From Gammaproteobacteria bacterium (GTDB taxonomy: Bacteria > Pseudomonadota > Gammaproteobacteria > SZUA-152), in contig JASFOJ010000005.1 of the NCBI GenBank assembly GCA_050116575.1, positions 506 through 64,505 on the forward strand: DNA of 64,000 bases. Direction: 5' to 3'. The position numbers and the translations under genes are program-made. Shown piece by piece: positions 19,462 to 30,122 of the stretch. The number at the start of each line of letters is the position of its first letter. Position 1 is the stretch's first letter. The notes beneath the pieces were generated by a model. The model made no database searches, was not told the origin of the DNA, and was given only the letters and a program-made list of their open reading frames with translations.

Positions 19462-21684
19462 ATGTCGCAAGTGACATTACTGCTCAAGCGGATTTCCGAC
19501 AGTTTCTTTCCCGTGCTGGCCATGGGATTGTTCCTGGTGCTGTCCCTGACCCTGCTGAGCGCCGCCACGGAAAACTCGCTGCAATTTGGCCGCCTGCATC
19601 TGGTGCTGGTGGTAATCAATGCCCTGGGCTTGATCGTGCTGGTGGGGCTCATTGGCGTTAACTTTATCCGCATGATCCGCAACTACCGGCGCAACGTGGT
19701 GGGTTCGCGGCTTACCGCGCGTCTGGTCATCGTGTTCGTGATACTGGCAGTAGCGCCGGTGTCGGTGGTTTATTACTTCTCCCTCGGATTTTTACAGCGC
19801 GGTATCGACAGCTGGTTTAACGTGCGCGTTGAGGGTGCCATGCAGGATGCATTGGAACTGAGCCAGGCTTCATTGAATCTGCGCATCCGTGAACTGCTCA
19901 ATCAAACCCGGGATATGGCGGACAGTCTCACCGATGTGCCCGATGCCACCGTGTTGCTAAACCTGAATGACCTGCGCAGCGAAAGCAACGCCTATGAACT
20001 GACCTTGCTGACCGAAAGCGGCCACGTTATTGCGTCCAGCAGCGCCGACACCACCGCCATAATTCCCAGTCAGCCGGACGATGCCATTCTTTCCCAGGTT
20101 CGTGCCAACAAAAGTTACGCCGGGCTGGCACCGGTGGGTGATCTGGGATTGCAGATCCGTGTCGCCGTGGCCATTGATTCATTTGAAGCGCCGGCGCAGC
20201 AACGGGTGTTATACGCTCTTTACCCTATTCCCGATCGTATCAGCTTGTTGGCGGACAGCGTGCAGTCCGCCTATAGCCAGCACAAGGAACTGGTGTACCT
20301 GCGCGAGCCGCTGAAAAACAGTTTTACCCTGACCCTGTCGCTGGTGTTGCTGGTTAGCCTGCTGACCGCTATCTGGGCGGCGTTTTTCTCGGCGCAGCGG
20401 CTGGTGGCGCCGGTACGCGTACTGGCGGTGGGCACCCGGGCGGTGGCTGCGGGTAATTACGACAAAAAACTGCCGGTCACCAGCAACGATGAGCTGGGCT
20501 CTCTGGTACAGTCATTTTCCGATATGACCCATAAGATCGCCAACGCGCGGGATGAGGCGCAACGCAGTAAAGAACAGGTCGAGCAGGAACGTGCTTACTT
20601 GCGTGCCGTGTTGGGCCGTTTGTCATCGGGTGTATTAACACTGGACCGTGATTTGAAAATCCGGGTGGCCAACAGTGCAGCGAGCCAGATCCTGGAAATC
20701 GACATGGACCGTACCGTCGGCAGCCGCCTGAAAGTGGTTCAGGGTTACGGTCCCCAGCTCAAGGACTTTGTAGAGGTGTTAAAACGCAACCTGATGCTGG
20801 ATCAGCCGGAATGGAACGAGCAGGTCACGGTGCGGCGGCGGCGGGGTAACCGTATTCTAATGTGCCGTGGCGCCATGTTATCGTCCGATGACGCTGACCG
20901 TGCCGGTTACGTGGTGGTGTTTGACGATGTTACCAAGCTCGTACAGGCCCAGCGCGAAGCCGCGTGGGGTGAAGTCGCCAGGCGCCTGGCGCATGAAATC
21001 AAGAACCCGCTAACCCCTATTCAGTTGTCCGCCGAGCGGTTGCGTAAAAAGTATCTGACCCGCATGAAACCGGAAGATGCCGAAGTGCTGGATCGCTCGA
21101 CCCACACCATTGTGCAGCAAGTGGAAGCCATGAAGGAAATGGTTAAGGCATTTTCCGAATACGCCCGGGTACCCAAACTGCAATTGCAGCCGCTTAACAT
21201 CGAAATGCTAATTAATGAAGTGCTGGACCTGTACCGCGACGATGAGTCGGGCGTTAAATTCACGATTAGTATTGATGCCGACGTACCCGCGGTCAAAGCC
21301 GATGCCGGACGTATTCGCCAGTTGTTACATAACCTGATTAAAAACGCCATAGAGTCCACCCGCAGCCGCAAGGATGCCAGGATCATGATCAGCGCCGAAC
21401 ACGTTGCCACCGCCACCCAGGACCTGGTGGAACTGCGTATCGTGGATAACGGACCGGGTATTCCCGATGAGTTGATCGAAAACCTGTTCGAACCCTATAC
21501 CACCACCAAATCCAAAGGCGGCGGATTGGGCCTGGCGGTGGTCAAACGTATTGTCGAGGAACATTCCGGTAGTGTGTTTGCCGAAAATCGTCACGAAGGT
21601 GGTGCCTGCATCGTGGTGCGACTGCCGGTCTCCAGCCATGACACCGGAGAGCATCGTGGTAATAATATTCGGGCACAGGCCTGA
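19462..21684 (+). CDS. NtrY-like sensor histidine kinase (HAMP-PAS-HisKA-HATPase)
   Basis: AWGEVARRLAHEIKNPLTPIQLSAERL, NLIKNA, DNGPG, GGGLGL; TM helices. Confidence 0.9.
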   Translation: MSQVTLLLKRISDSFFPVLAMGLFLVLSLTLLSAATENSLQFGRLHLVLVVINALGLIVLVGLIGVNFIRMIRNYRRNVVGSRLTARLVIVFVILAVAPVSVVYYFSLGFLQRGIDSWFNVRVEGAMQDALELSQASLNLRIRELLNQTRDMADSLTDVPDATVLLNLNDLRSESNAYELTLLTESGHVIASSSADTTAIIPSQPDDAILSQVRANKSYAGLAPVGDLGLQIRVAVAIDSFEAPAQQRVLYALYPIPDRISLLADSVQSAYSQHKELVYLREPLKNSFTLTLSLVLLVSLLTAIWAAFFSAQRLVAPVRVLAVGTRAVAAGNYDKKLPVTSNDELGSLVQSFSDMTHKIANARDEAQRSKEQVEQERAYLRAVLGRLSSGVLTLDRDLKIRVANSAASQILEIDMDRTVGSRLKVVQGYGPQLKDFVEVLKRNLMLDQPEWNEQVTVRRRRGNRILMCRGAMLSSDDADRAGYVVVFDDVTKLVQAQREAAWGEVARRLAHEIKNPLTPIQLSAERLRKKYLTRMKPEDAEVLDRSTHTIVQQVEAMKEMVKAFSEYARVPKLQLQPLNIEMLINEVLDLYRDDESGVKFTISIDADVPAVKADAGRIRQLLHNLIKNAIESTRSRKDARIMISAEHVATATQDLVELRIVDNGPGIPDELIENLFEPYTTTKSKGGGLGLAVVKRIVEEHSGSVFAENRHEGGACIVVRLPVSSHDTGEHRGNNIRAQA

Positions 21685-21705
21685 TCCAGGATTTAACCTA
21701 ACGCT

Positions 21706-23097
21706 ATGAAACCTAGAACATCATTTAAACCGCATATCCTGGTCGTTGACGATGAACCGGATATCCGTCGCCTGGTCAAGGAAATCCTGGAAGACGAAAA
21801 TTATTCGGTGGCGGTTGCCAAAGACGGCGGCAGTGCCCGCGACGCGATCAAGAGCCGCGCACCGGATCTGGTGCTGCTGGATATCTGGATGCCCGACGTT
21901 GACGGTATTACCCTGTTAAAAGAGTTCCTGGAAATGCATCACTTGCGTTGCCCGGTAATCATGATGTCCGGGCACGGTACCGTGGAAGCGGCGGTGGAGT
22001 CAACGCGGCTGGGTGCGTTTGATTTCATAGAAAAACCGTTGTCCCTGTCCAAGCTGCTGGTCACTGTTGAGAGCGCGCTGCAAAGTGGTAAATCCGCCAC
22101 CAGCCAGAGTATTACCCATCACGATATCCTGCAGCCGGTGGAAATTGTCGGTAAAAGCCAGACGGTAAAAAACCTGGTGACACAACTGGATCGCTGCGCC
22201 GGGCATGACGTTACCGTATTACTGATTGGTGAACCAGGAACCGGCAAAACCCGCTGTGCCCGCTATATTCATTCCAAAAGCGGAAGAAGTAACATGCCTT
22301 ACGTGGAACTGCGCACCGCGGATATGTCCAGCCGCCGCAACCGCGAGACCACTGAACTTTTGTTGGGTATCGATAATGCTTCGGTCAGTAACAAGGGGTG
22401 TCTGGAGCAGGCAAACGGCGGCACTGTGTACATCGATGATGTGGCGGAACTGGATGACGATATGCAGGCGGCGTTGTACGGCGCTTTGACATCCTCTTCC
22501 ATTTACCGGGTTGATGGTGATCAGCCCGTTGCGCTGGATGTGCGCATCATTGCCGCCACCCGTTATGACCTGCAACAGGAAGTGCGGGCCAACCGTTTCC
22601 GTGAAGATTTGTTTCACTGTGTTAACGCGTATCCGTTGCGTATTCCACCGCTGCGTGATCATAGCGAAGACGTGCCGGAACTACTGCAATACTACGTTGG
22701 CGTTTTTTCGGATAAGGAAAAACTGCCTTATCGGAATTTTTCCCTCGCTGCGCAGAACCGGTTACGCCACTATGCGTGGCCGGGCAACGTGCTGGAACTG
22801 GAAAACATCGTGCGCCGTCTGCTCATGATCGACGGCGGCATAACCATCGATGTTACGGAAGTCGATGAGATGCTGGATGAAGTCTATGGTGCTCTGTCGC
22901 CGGATCAACCGGATTCAGCGATAATGCCCCAGTTCGACTTGCCGCTGCGCCAGGCCCGGGAACAATTTGAAAAAGCTTATCTCGAATTTCACTTAAAGCA
23001 GGCCCATGGCAGTGTGGGCAAAGTGGCGAAATTGGCGGGCATGGAACGAACGCATTTATATCGCAAATTACGTGCCCTGGGTATTGAAACCAAGTAG
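21706..23097 (+). CDS. NtrX-like response regulator (REC-AAA+-Fis HTH)
   Basis: LVVDDE, LLDIWMP, SGHG, GEPGTGK, FREDLF, WPGN, GMERTHLYRKL; the GAFTGA loop is absent. Confidence 0.88.
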   Translation: MKPRTSFKPHILVVDDEPDIRRLVKEILEDENYSVAVAKDGGSARDAIKSRAPDLVLLDIWMPDVDGITLLKEFLEMHHLRCPVIMMSGHGTVEAAVESTRLGAFDFIEKPLSLSKLLVTVESALQSGKSATSQSITHHDILQPVEIVGKSQTVKNLVTQLDRCAGHDVTVLLIGEPGTGKTRCARYIHSKSGRSNMPYVELRTADMSSRRNRETTELLLGIDNASVSNKGCLEQANGGTVYIDDVAELDDDMQAALYGALTSSSIYRVDGDQPVALDVRIIAATRYDLQQEVRANRFREDLFHCVNAYPLRIPPLRDHSEDVPELLQYYVGVFSDKEKLPYRNFSLAAQNRLRHYAWPGNVLELENIVRRLLMIDGGITIDVTEVDEMLDEVYGALSPDQPDSAIMPQFDLPLRQAREQFEKAYLEFHLKQAHGSVGKVAKLAGMERTHLYRKLRALGIETK

Positions 23098-23458
23098 ATC
23101 TCCTTGTCTGTTAATATGTGGCGTCGATTATGTTGCGTCGTTACGTTGCGACGATATTTGCAGCCTGCAATAATGGCCGCGTTATCATGGTGATAACAGG
23201 ATTTGCCGGCAATGGCACCCGGCACCGGATTCAAAGGGACATTTTACGGTTCTGATTTCAACCATAACGGAGTATAGTAATCGCGGCATTTGGTCAAATG
23301 CGGCAATTAACTAACGAACAAGACAACAACAAGACGTGCGGGACATTCATGTTCAATCAATTGTTAGTATGGTTAATGTGGTCAGTATTGCCGGTTTTAC
23401 GACTACCGGTTAGTTTTTCCATTATCCCCGTGTCAATCACTAATCCCTTCAGGCCCAA

Positions 23459-24832
23459 ATGAAAATTATTGTGTTAGGAGCAGGACAGGTTGGTTCGTCC
23501 GTGGCGGAGGTGTTGGCCAAGGAGGCCAACGATATCACTATCGTTGATACCGACGCCAAGAAGCTGCGGGAACTGCAGGACCGCATGGACATCCGCACCG
23601 TGCAGGGGCAGGCGGCACACCCGGAAGTGCTGGGCCGGGCCGGCGGTGAAGATGCCGATATGATCATCGCCGTTACCAACCAGGACGAAATCAACATGGT
23701 GGCCTGCCAGGTGGCCTATACCCTGTTTCATACACCCACCAAGATCGCCCGGGTCCGAGGTGTGGAATACCTTACCTTCCCGCAATTGTTTACCCAGGAA
23801 GCCCTGCCCATTGACGTGCTCATCAGCCCCGAACAACTGGTGACCGAATACGTGCAACGCCTTATCGAATATCCCGGTGCACTGCAGGTGCTGGACTTCG
23901 CCGATGGCCGGGTGCAACTGGTGGCGGTGCGGGCCTACTACGGCGGGCCGCTGGTGGGACACGAATTGAAAACCCTGCGCGAACACATGCCCGGCATCGA
24001 CACCCGGGTGGCCGCCATCTTCCGGCGCGGAACGCCCATTATCCCCGAAGGCGACACCGTCATCGAGACCGAGGACGAAGTGTTTTTCATTGCCGCCAAA
24101 CGTCACATCCGGGTGGTGATGAAAGAGTTACGCCGCCTCGACCGGCCGGTGAAGCGTATTATTATTGCCGGCGGCGGCAATATCGGTATGCGCCTGGCCA
24201 AGGCATTGGAACATAACTACCAGGTTAAGCTGATCGATCACAATCCGGAACGCTCTAAAAACATTTCCGAGCAACTGGACAAGACTATCGTGTTGTTCGG
24301 TGATGCGGCGGATGAAGAGCTGTTACTGGAAGAGAACATCGAACACACCGACGTGTTCTGCGCCGTCACCAATGACGATGAAGCGAACATTCTTTCCGCC
24401 ATGCTGGCCAAGCGTTTGGGCGCCCGCAAAGTGATGGCGCTCATTAACCGGGCGGCGTACGTTGACCTGGTGCAAAGCGGCATTATAGATATTGCCATTT
24501 CACCGCAACAGGCGACCATTGGTTCGTTGCTCGCGCACGTACGCCGCGGCGATGTGACGGCGGTGCATTCGTTGCGCCGGGGCGCGGCGGAAGCCATCGA
24601 GGCGGTTGCCCATGGCGATGTAAATTCTTCCAAGGTCGTGGGACGCGCCATCGAGGACATCGTGCTGCCGCCGGGAACCACCATAGGCGCGATTGTGCGC
24701 GACAACGAAGTGGTGATTGCTCACCACGATACCGTTATCGAACCGGATGACCATGTCATTTTGTTTGTCGTAGATAAAAAGCGCATCCCCGAGGTGGAAC
24801 GGCTGTTCCAGGTCGGCATTACCTTTATCTAA
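23459..24832 (+). CDS. trkA: Trk potassium uptake NAD-binding subunit
   Basis: [12 protein letters not shown], second RCK domain [19 protein letters not shown]. Confidence 0.96.
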   Translation: MKIIVLGAGQVGSSVAEVLAKEANDITIVDTDAKKLRELQDRMDIRTVQGQAAHPEVLGRAGGEDADMIIAVTNQDEINMVACQVAYTLFHTPTKIARVRGVEYLTFPQLFTQEALPIDVLISPEQLVTEYVQRLIEYPGALQVLDFADGRVQLVAVRAYYGGPLVGHELKTLREHMPGIDTRVAAIFRRGTPIIPEGDTVIETEDEVFFIAAKRHIRVVMKELRRLDRPVKRIIIAGGGNIGMRLAKALEHNYQVKLIDHNPERSKNISEQLDKTIVLFGDAADEELLLEENIEHTDVFCAVTNDDEANILSAMLAKRLGARKVMALINRAAYVDLVQSGIIDIAISPQQATIGSLLAHVRRGDVTAVHSLRRGAAEAIEAVAHGDVNSSKVVGRAIEDIVLPPGTTIGAIVRDNEVVIAHHDTVIEPDDHVILFVVDKKRIPEVERLFQVGITFI

Positions 24833-24850
24833 ACGACACAACGTTTCCTT

Positions 24851-26302
24851 ATGCAACTGGCTGCCATACTTCGCATTGTTGGTTTATTGCTGATTATATT
24901 CAGCGTTGCCATGTTGCCGCCGGCACTGGTGGGCGTGATCTACGGCGACGGCGCCATCGTGCCGTTTATCACCGCATTCGCCGTAATTATTTCCGTTGGC
25001 ATCGTGCTTTGGATACCGTTTCGAAAGCAGCGCCGGGATCCACGCTTGCGGGACGGGTTTTTGATCGTGGTGGTGTTCTGGCTGGTACTGAGCGTTTCCG
25101 GTTCATTGCCATTGTATTTTTCCGCCGCGCCGGTCATGAGCCTTACCGATGCGGTGTTCGAATCGGTGTCGGGATTAACGACCACCGGCGCAACAGTTCT
25201 TACCGGTATTGATGATTTACCCCATTCCATCTTGTTTTACCGCCAGCAACTGCAATGGATGGGCGGGATGGGCATTATCGTACTGGCGGTGGCCATTTTG
25301 CCCATGCTGGGTATCGGCGGCATGCAGTTGTACCGCGCGGAAACGCCGGGCCCCATGAAAGACAATAAACTCACGCCGCGTATTACTGAAACCGCCAAAG
25401 CGTTGTGGTTTATATATCTGGGCCTGACCATTGCCTGTGCCATTGGTTACTGGCTGGCGGGGATGAACGCGTTTGATGCCATTGCCCATAGTTTTTCCAC
25501 CGTGGCCATCGGCGGGTTTTCCACCCATGACGCCAGCATCGGGTATTTCGACAGTGCCCTGGTTGAAGTGGTGGCGGTGATCTTCATGCTGCTGGCTGGC
25601 ATTAACTTTTCACTGCATTTTTTATCCTGGCGCACCCTGACCATCAAGCCTTATATTAAGGACCCGGAAGTGCAAACCTATTTCGTGGTGCTCGTTATCG
25701 CCGCCGCGATTAGTACCGTGTACCTGTATATATCCGGCACCTTTGATCACATCGGTAGCGCCGTTCATCACGGTATTTTCCAGGCGGTGTCCATTGGCAC
25801 CACCACGGGTTTTACCACGGCACAATATTATGCCTGGCCGGGTTTTTTGCCGGTGTTATTGTTATTCAGCAGTTTTATCGGTGGTTGCGCCGGCTCCACC
25901 GCCGGTGGCTTAAAAGTGATCCGGTTTTTGTTGTTGTTCCGTCAGGGTATTCGTGAAATCAAGCGCCTGATACATCCCAGCGCGTTAATGCCGGTAAAGA
26001 TCGGTAACAAGCCTCTGCCCGAACGGGTTATCAATGCTGTGTGGGGGTTTTTCTCCCTGTATGTGGCTTCCTTTGCCATTCTGATGTTGATGGTCATGGC
26101 CACCGGCGTGGATCAGATTACCGCGTTTTCCGCGGTCGCCGCCTGCATGAACAATCTGGGTCCGGGCCTGGGGGACGTGGGCGCCCACTACGGTGACATC
26201 AACGCCATCACTAAATGGATTTTGTGTTTTGCCATGTTGCTGGGGCGGTTGGAGATTTTTACCCTGTTGGTGTTATTTTCGGGTGAATTCTGGCGCAAAT
26301 AA
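24851..26302 (+). CDS. trkH: Trk potassium uptake membrane subunit
   Basis: FESVSGLTTTG, GGMGII, GGFS, GGCAGST.GG.K, GRLEIF. Confidence 0.96.
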   Translation: MQLAAILRIVGLLLIIFSVAMLPPALVGVIYGDGAIVPFITAFAVIISVGIVLWIPFRKQRRDPRLRDGFLIVVVFWLVLSVSGSLPLYFSAAPVMSLTDAVFESVSGLTTTGATVLTGIDDLPHSILFYRQQLQWMGGMGIIVLAVAILPMLGIGGMQLYRAETPGPMKDNKLTPRITETAKALWFIYLGLTIACAIGYWLAGMNAFDAIAHSFSTVAIGGFSTHDASIGYFDSALVEVVAVIFMLLAGINFSLHFLSWRTLTIKPYIKDPEVQTYFVVLVIAAAISTVYLYISGTFDHIGSAVHHGIFQAVSIGTTTGFTTAQYYAWPGFLPVLLLFSSFIGGCAGSTAGGLKVIRFLLLFRQGIREIKRLIHPSALMPVKIGNKPLPERVINAVWGFFSLYVASFAILMLMVMATGVDQITAFSAVAACMNNLGPGLGDVGAHYGDINAITKWILCFAMLLGRLEIFTLLVLFSGEFWRK

Positions 26303-26331
26303 CCTATGTAAATCATCCACCAACGTATTCC

Positions 26332-26919
26332 GTGACTGATCCGCGACAAAAATGGGATGACCGTTACCGACAGAGCGATGCGGAGGCTGGCCCTGGTGAT
26401 GCGGCGCTAGTGCTAACCCAAAACGCCCATTTGCTGCCTGCAACCGGTTGTGCCCTGGACCTGGCCTGTGGGCTGGGGGCTAATGCGCTGTTTATGGCGC
26501 AACGGGGACTGTCGGTGTCGGCGTGGGATATATCACCGGTGGCGATTGACAGGCTGCGGCAGGTTGCGGCGCAGCACCACTTGTCTTTACAGCTGGAAGT
26601 GCGCGATGTGATGAGTCAGCCGCCGGCGCTGGAGCAGTTTGACGTGATCGTAGTGACCCGGTTTTTAGAGCGCCAGTTGGCCTCACCGTTAATGGAAGCA
26701 TTAAAACCTGGGGGGCTGCTGTTTTACCAGACATTTATCACCGATAAAGTGTCCGACCGGGGACCGGATCATTGCGCATATCGCCTGGCACGCAACGAGC
26801 TGCTAACGTTATTTTCCTGGTTACGGATTCTGGTTTACCGGGAAGAAGGATTGGTGGGAACTGTCCAGCAGGGCTTTCGTGATGAAGCCCTGCTGGTTGG
26901 ACAGAAAACCGAATGCTAG
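26332..26919 (+). CDS. Class I SAM-dependent methyltransferase (TehB-like)
   Basis: WD.RY N-terminus, ALDLACGLGANA, DIS, LKPGG. Confidence 0.8.
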   Translation: MTDPRQKWDDRYRQSDAEAGPGDAALVLTQNAHLLPATGCALDLACGLGANALFMAQRGLSVSAWDISPVAIDRLRQVAAQHHLSLQLEVRDVMSQPPALEQFDVIVVTRFLERQLASPLMEALKPGGLLFYQTFITDKVSDRGPDHCAYRLARNELLTLFSWLRILVYREEGLVGTVQQGFRDEALLVGQKTEC

Positions 26920-27061
26920 GCGGCACACTTTAGCGGGCAACAACAACTAACCAGTGGTCAACAACAACTAACGCCGTGGCAGGCGAATCGCCAGGTTGCG
27001 AGGTCCGGGGTCAAGGCGTTGTCGTTGATACGCCGGCCACCCAAACCATGCTGTTAATGCG

Positions 27062-28000
27062 TCAGTTTAATTTCTCCTGGTCGCCTTGCATGGCTTTTTC
27101 AATAACCTCCTGGGTGATGTCCGGTGCCAGGTGGTTGATCAGTGTGTACACATATTCCCGCAGGTGCCGTCCGCGATGCAGGCAAATATAGGTTGTGCCC
27201 GACTCGAACAGGTGGCTGGCATCAATCACGTGCAGTTCACCGTCTTTATCTGCGTCGATGGAACTTTTGGCTACCAGTCCCACACCCAGCCCCAGTTTGA
27301 CGTAGGTCTTGATGATGTCCGAATCATGCGCGGTTAACGCGATGTTGGTCATCAGGCCTTTTTCGTCAAACGCGCTGTTAATATGAGAACGGCTGGCAAA
27401 GGCGTAGTCGTAAGTCACCAGCGGATAGGCCGCCAATGCTTCCAGTGTTAACGGCTGCACATCGAGCAGGGGATGATTGGCCAGGGTGATGGCCGCCAGT
27501 TTCCACGTGCGGTAAGGCAGCATAATCAACTCATCGGGTACGTTAACCGGCGCCGTGGTAATCGCCAGGTCGGCCGTGCGCGACATAACCATATCCACCA
27601 GCTGATCCGGATCGCCCTGGTGGATGCGTAATTGAATCCCGGGGTACTGGCTGGTGAATTTCTTGATCAATGGTGGCAGGCTGTAATTGGCGTAAGCATG
27701 AATAGTGGCAATGGATAATGTACCTTTGCTCTGATCGTTGAGTTGTTCACTCACCTGCTGAATATTTTCCGCCTCACACAAGATGCGTTCCGCCATTTCA
27801 ATAATGGTATGGCCGGCGGGGGTAACGCTCACCAGGCGTTTACCGTGGCGCTCAAAGATCTGCACACTTAATTCTTCTTCAAGCAAACGGATTTGGGTGC
27901 TGATACCGGATTGGGCGGTATGCAGTCGTTCGGCGGCGCTGGACACGTTTAACCCGCGTCGGGCTACTTCACATATATATCGCAGTTGCTGTAGTTTCAT
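27062..28000 (-). CDS. cysB: CysB/Cbl-family LysR regulator
   Basis: MKLQQLRY...LNVS.AAE.L.T.Q.GIS.QI..LEEEL, LVTYD..F..RS.I, D.DIIKTYV.LGLGVG. Confidence 0.82.
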   Translation of the reverse strand: MKLQQLRYICEVARRGLNVSSAAERLHTAQSGISTQIRLLEEELSVQIFERHGKRLVSVTPAGHTIIEMAERILCEAENIQQVSEQLNDQSKGTLSIATIHAYANYSLPPLIKKFTSQYPGIQLRIHQGDPDQLVDMVMSRTADLAITTAPVNVPDELIMLPYRTWKLAAITLANHPLLDVQPLTLEALAAYPLVTYDYAFASRSHINSAFDEKGLMTNIALTAHDSDIIKTYVKLGLGVGLVAKSSIDADKDGELHVIDASHLFESGTTYICLHRGRHLREYVYTLINHLAPDITQEVIEKAMQGDQEKLN

Positions 28001-28309
28001 AGGCTCTTATCTTATCCGATGATTACTGTTCTTTATCTTAGTCCACGATTTCAATATATGCCAACAATATTTCCAAAAATTTATAACATATTGAAATCAA
28101 AAGTAAAAAAAGCTGATTTTTCCCGTATATCCAAAGCTGTTTACCTTATATCGGCAGCAGCGAATAAAAATTGTGAGTTTGTTCGCATTTTTTTCGTGAA
28201 CTTGTCGGTGCCGTCTTAAGAAATAACCCGCCGGGCCGTTCACTTTCTAAACAAATTCAGGCGGCACCACGCCGCGTCCTCGAAACCTAGCAGCCGGAGA
28301 ATTGCAGTT

Positions 28310-29113
28310 ATGCGCGTCAACCCCATCATCACCAGCCGGGTATTTGTATTGATATTGGCCGTGGTGTCATTCACTGCCCTGGCTGACAATTACGAAGCAG
28401 GACTGGTTGCCTTTGCACAAGGCGACTACCAAACGGCGGAGCAACATTTTTTGTCAGCGGCAGAACAGGGTGATGCCGGTGCCAAACATATGTTGATGCG
28501 CCTTTATACTGAACATAACGCTGAAATGCAGCGCACCGCACACAACGACAAGCAGGCGCTGTACTGGACGCAGCAGGCGGCGCGCAGCGGTATTGTCAGC
28601 GCGCAATATGCACTGGCGGAACACTACAATCATCCCGCGGCCAGTCGCGAGGAACGCCAGCGCGCTGTCCACTGGTACCAACAGGCTGTCCACCAGGGCC
28701 ACCACGGCGCCATGGAAAAACTGGCTGACTTTTATCAGCGCGGTGACGTGGTGCAAAAGGACGCCGAGCGAGCGCAACGGTTATACGTCGTGGCCGCTTC
28801 CGAGTATGACGTGTTTGCCCAGAAAGGGGACCCCGCGGCGCAAAATGCGTTGGCCGGTATGTACGAAAATGCCAAGGGGGTTGCGTTCAATATCCAGGCG
28901 GCTTTGAATTGGTATAAAAAAGCGGCTTTACAGGATTTTGGCCTGGCGCAATACAACCTGGGCCGCCTCTATGCACAAGGCGAGCATGTGGAAAAAAACG
29001 AGGCCGAAGCGGTCTACTGGCTGCAAAAGGCCGCCGCCCAGGGACTGGAACAGGCCCGGGTAATGCTCACCGGGCTGCAACAGCGACCGGATACCAGTCT
29101 CGCTATGAAATAA
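28310..29113 (+). CDS. Secreted Sel1-like repeat protein
   Basis: Signal peptide; repeated A..WY.KAA.QG...AQ.NLG..Y..G.GV. Confidence 0.88.
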   Translation: MRVNPIITSRVFVLILAVVSFTALADNYEAGLVAFAQGDYQTAEQHFLSAAEQGDAGAKHMLMRLYTEHNAEMQRTAHNDKQALYWTQQAARSGIVSAQYALAEHYNHPAASREERQRAVHWYQQAVHQGHHGAMEKLADFYQRGDVVQKDAERAQRLYVVAASEYDVFAQKGDPAAQNALAGMYENAKGVAFNIQAALNWYKKAALQDFGLAQYNLGRLYAQGEHVEKNEAEAVYWLQKAAAQGLEQARVMLTGLQQRPDTSLAMK

Positions 29114-29137
29114 GCTGTTCGGTACCGATAAAAAAAC

Positions 29138-29166
29138 AAGCGGGCTGTGGGGCCCGCTTTTTTTTT
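29138..29166 (+). terminator. Intrinsic terminator
   Basis: AAGCGGGC...GCCCGCTT stem followed by a T-tract, 25 nt after the Sel1 stop. Confidence 0.8.
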
Positions 29167-29460
29167 GCCTGTGGATTAACATTGGCTTAACAAATTCGTT
29201 GCAATCCCGACGTCCGGCGCTGGAAATTGTCGGTAATAGCGCATGATTTTATTCAAGTTTTTGTGCTGACGTGCTGATAAATAACCTTAGTACCGTTCGA
29301 AACCGGTTAACTTGCGGTGACTTTTAAAAAAGTTGCTTTCTATCAGTAAGTTATCCGTTACTACAGGTTTGGGCGCGTGAACAGGGAACGATGGCAGGGG
29401 CTGACTCTGTACCTCAACAGAGACCCATAGGTGATCTATAAAACCGATTGAGGCAAGGTT

Positions 29461-29937
29461 ATGCAAGAACAATTTATTAATTCCATCCAGGAATCCATCA
29501 TTAATGTACTGGTGACTATGGCCGACATGCATCCTGAATCCGGCAAGCCGTCGGTGAAAACCAGCCAGGATCCGCACGGGGACGTGACCGGTATTATTGA
29601 CCTGGTTAGCACGAAAAAAACCGGCTCGCTGGCGATCAGTTTTACCAAGCCGGTTGCGCTGGAAATCGCCCGCCGTATGTTGCGCATGGAAACCGACACC
29701 ATTGATGAAATGGTGCGAGACCTGGTGGGCGAAATCGCCAATATGATGGCCGGCGGCGCCAAAGCGAAATTGCAGGAACAGGGTATGGATTTTGAACTGA
29801 CGTTTCCGTCAGTGATCGTCGATGATGAAAAAAACATTATTCATAACAACGATGCATCAACGGTGATACTGCCTTTCGTTACCGACTCCGGTGAATTTTT
29901 TGTGGAGCTTTACTTCAAGGAAGAGGCCGCCGCTTAA
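29461..29937 (+). CDS. cheX: Chemotaxis phosphatase CheX
   Basis: FIN......NVL.TMA, GDVTGII, D.VGEIANMM.GGAK (E-xx-N), PSVI. Confidence 0.85.
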   Translation: MQEQFINSIQESIINVLVTMADMHPESGKPSVKTSQDPHGDVTGIIDLVSTKKTGSLAISFTKPVALEIARRMLRMETDTIDEMVRDLVGEIANMMAGGAKAKLQEQGMDFELTFPSVIVDDEKNIIHNNDASTVILPFVTDSGEFFVELYFKEEAAA

Positions 29938-30122
29938 ATTCGCGAGACATTTGATCCCCGCAACATTAATCCGCAAGACATTGATCTGTCACCGGTAACC
30001 GGTCAATTATGTGACCGTAGCGCCGCTATTCGTTAAGGTATACTGATCACGATTTCCGTGCCCGGCCGCTGGCACGGGAGGTAATTGTTCAGGCTGACCG
30101 GCGTGCAGGTTATCAAGTTATT

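Noticed and set aside
23121-23153. GCGTCG(A)TTAYGTT repeated about 2.5 times after ntrX
   Set aside because: Short, with no spacers and no other copies; not a CRISPR array.
18832-26302. DUF4390-kinase-regulator-trkAH as a possible new system
   Set aside because: This is a known conserved synteny (rsmB-DUF4390-NtrY/NtrX-like-trkA) in beta- and gammaproteobacteria.
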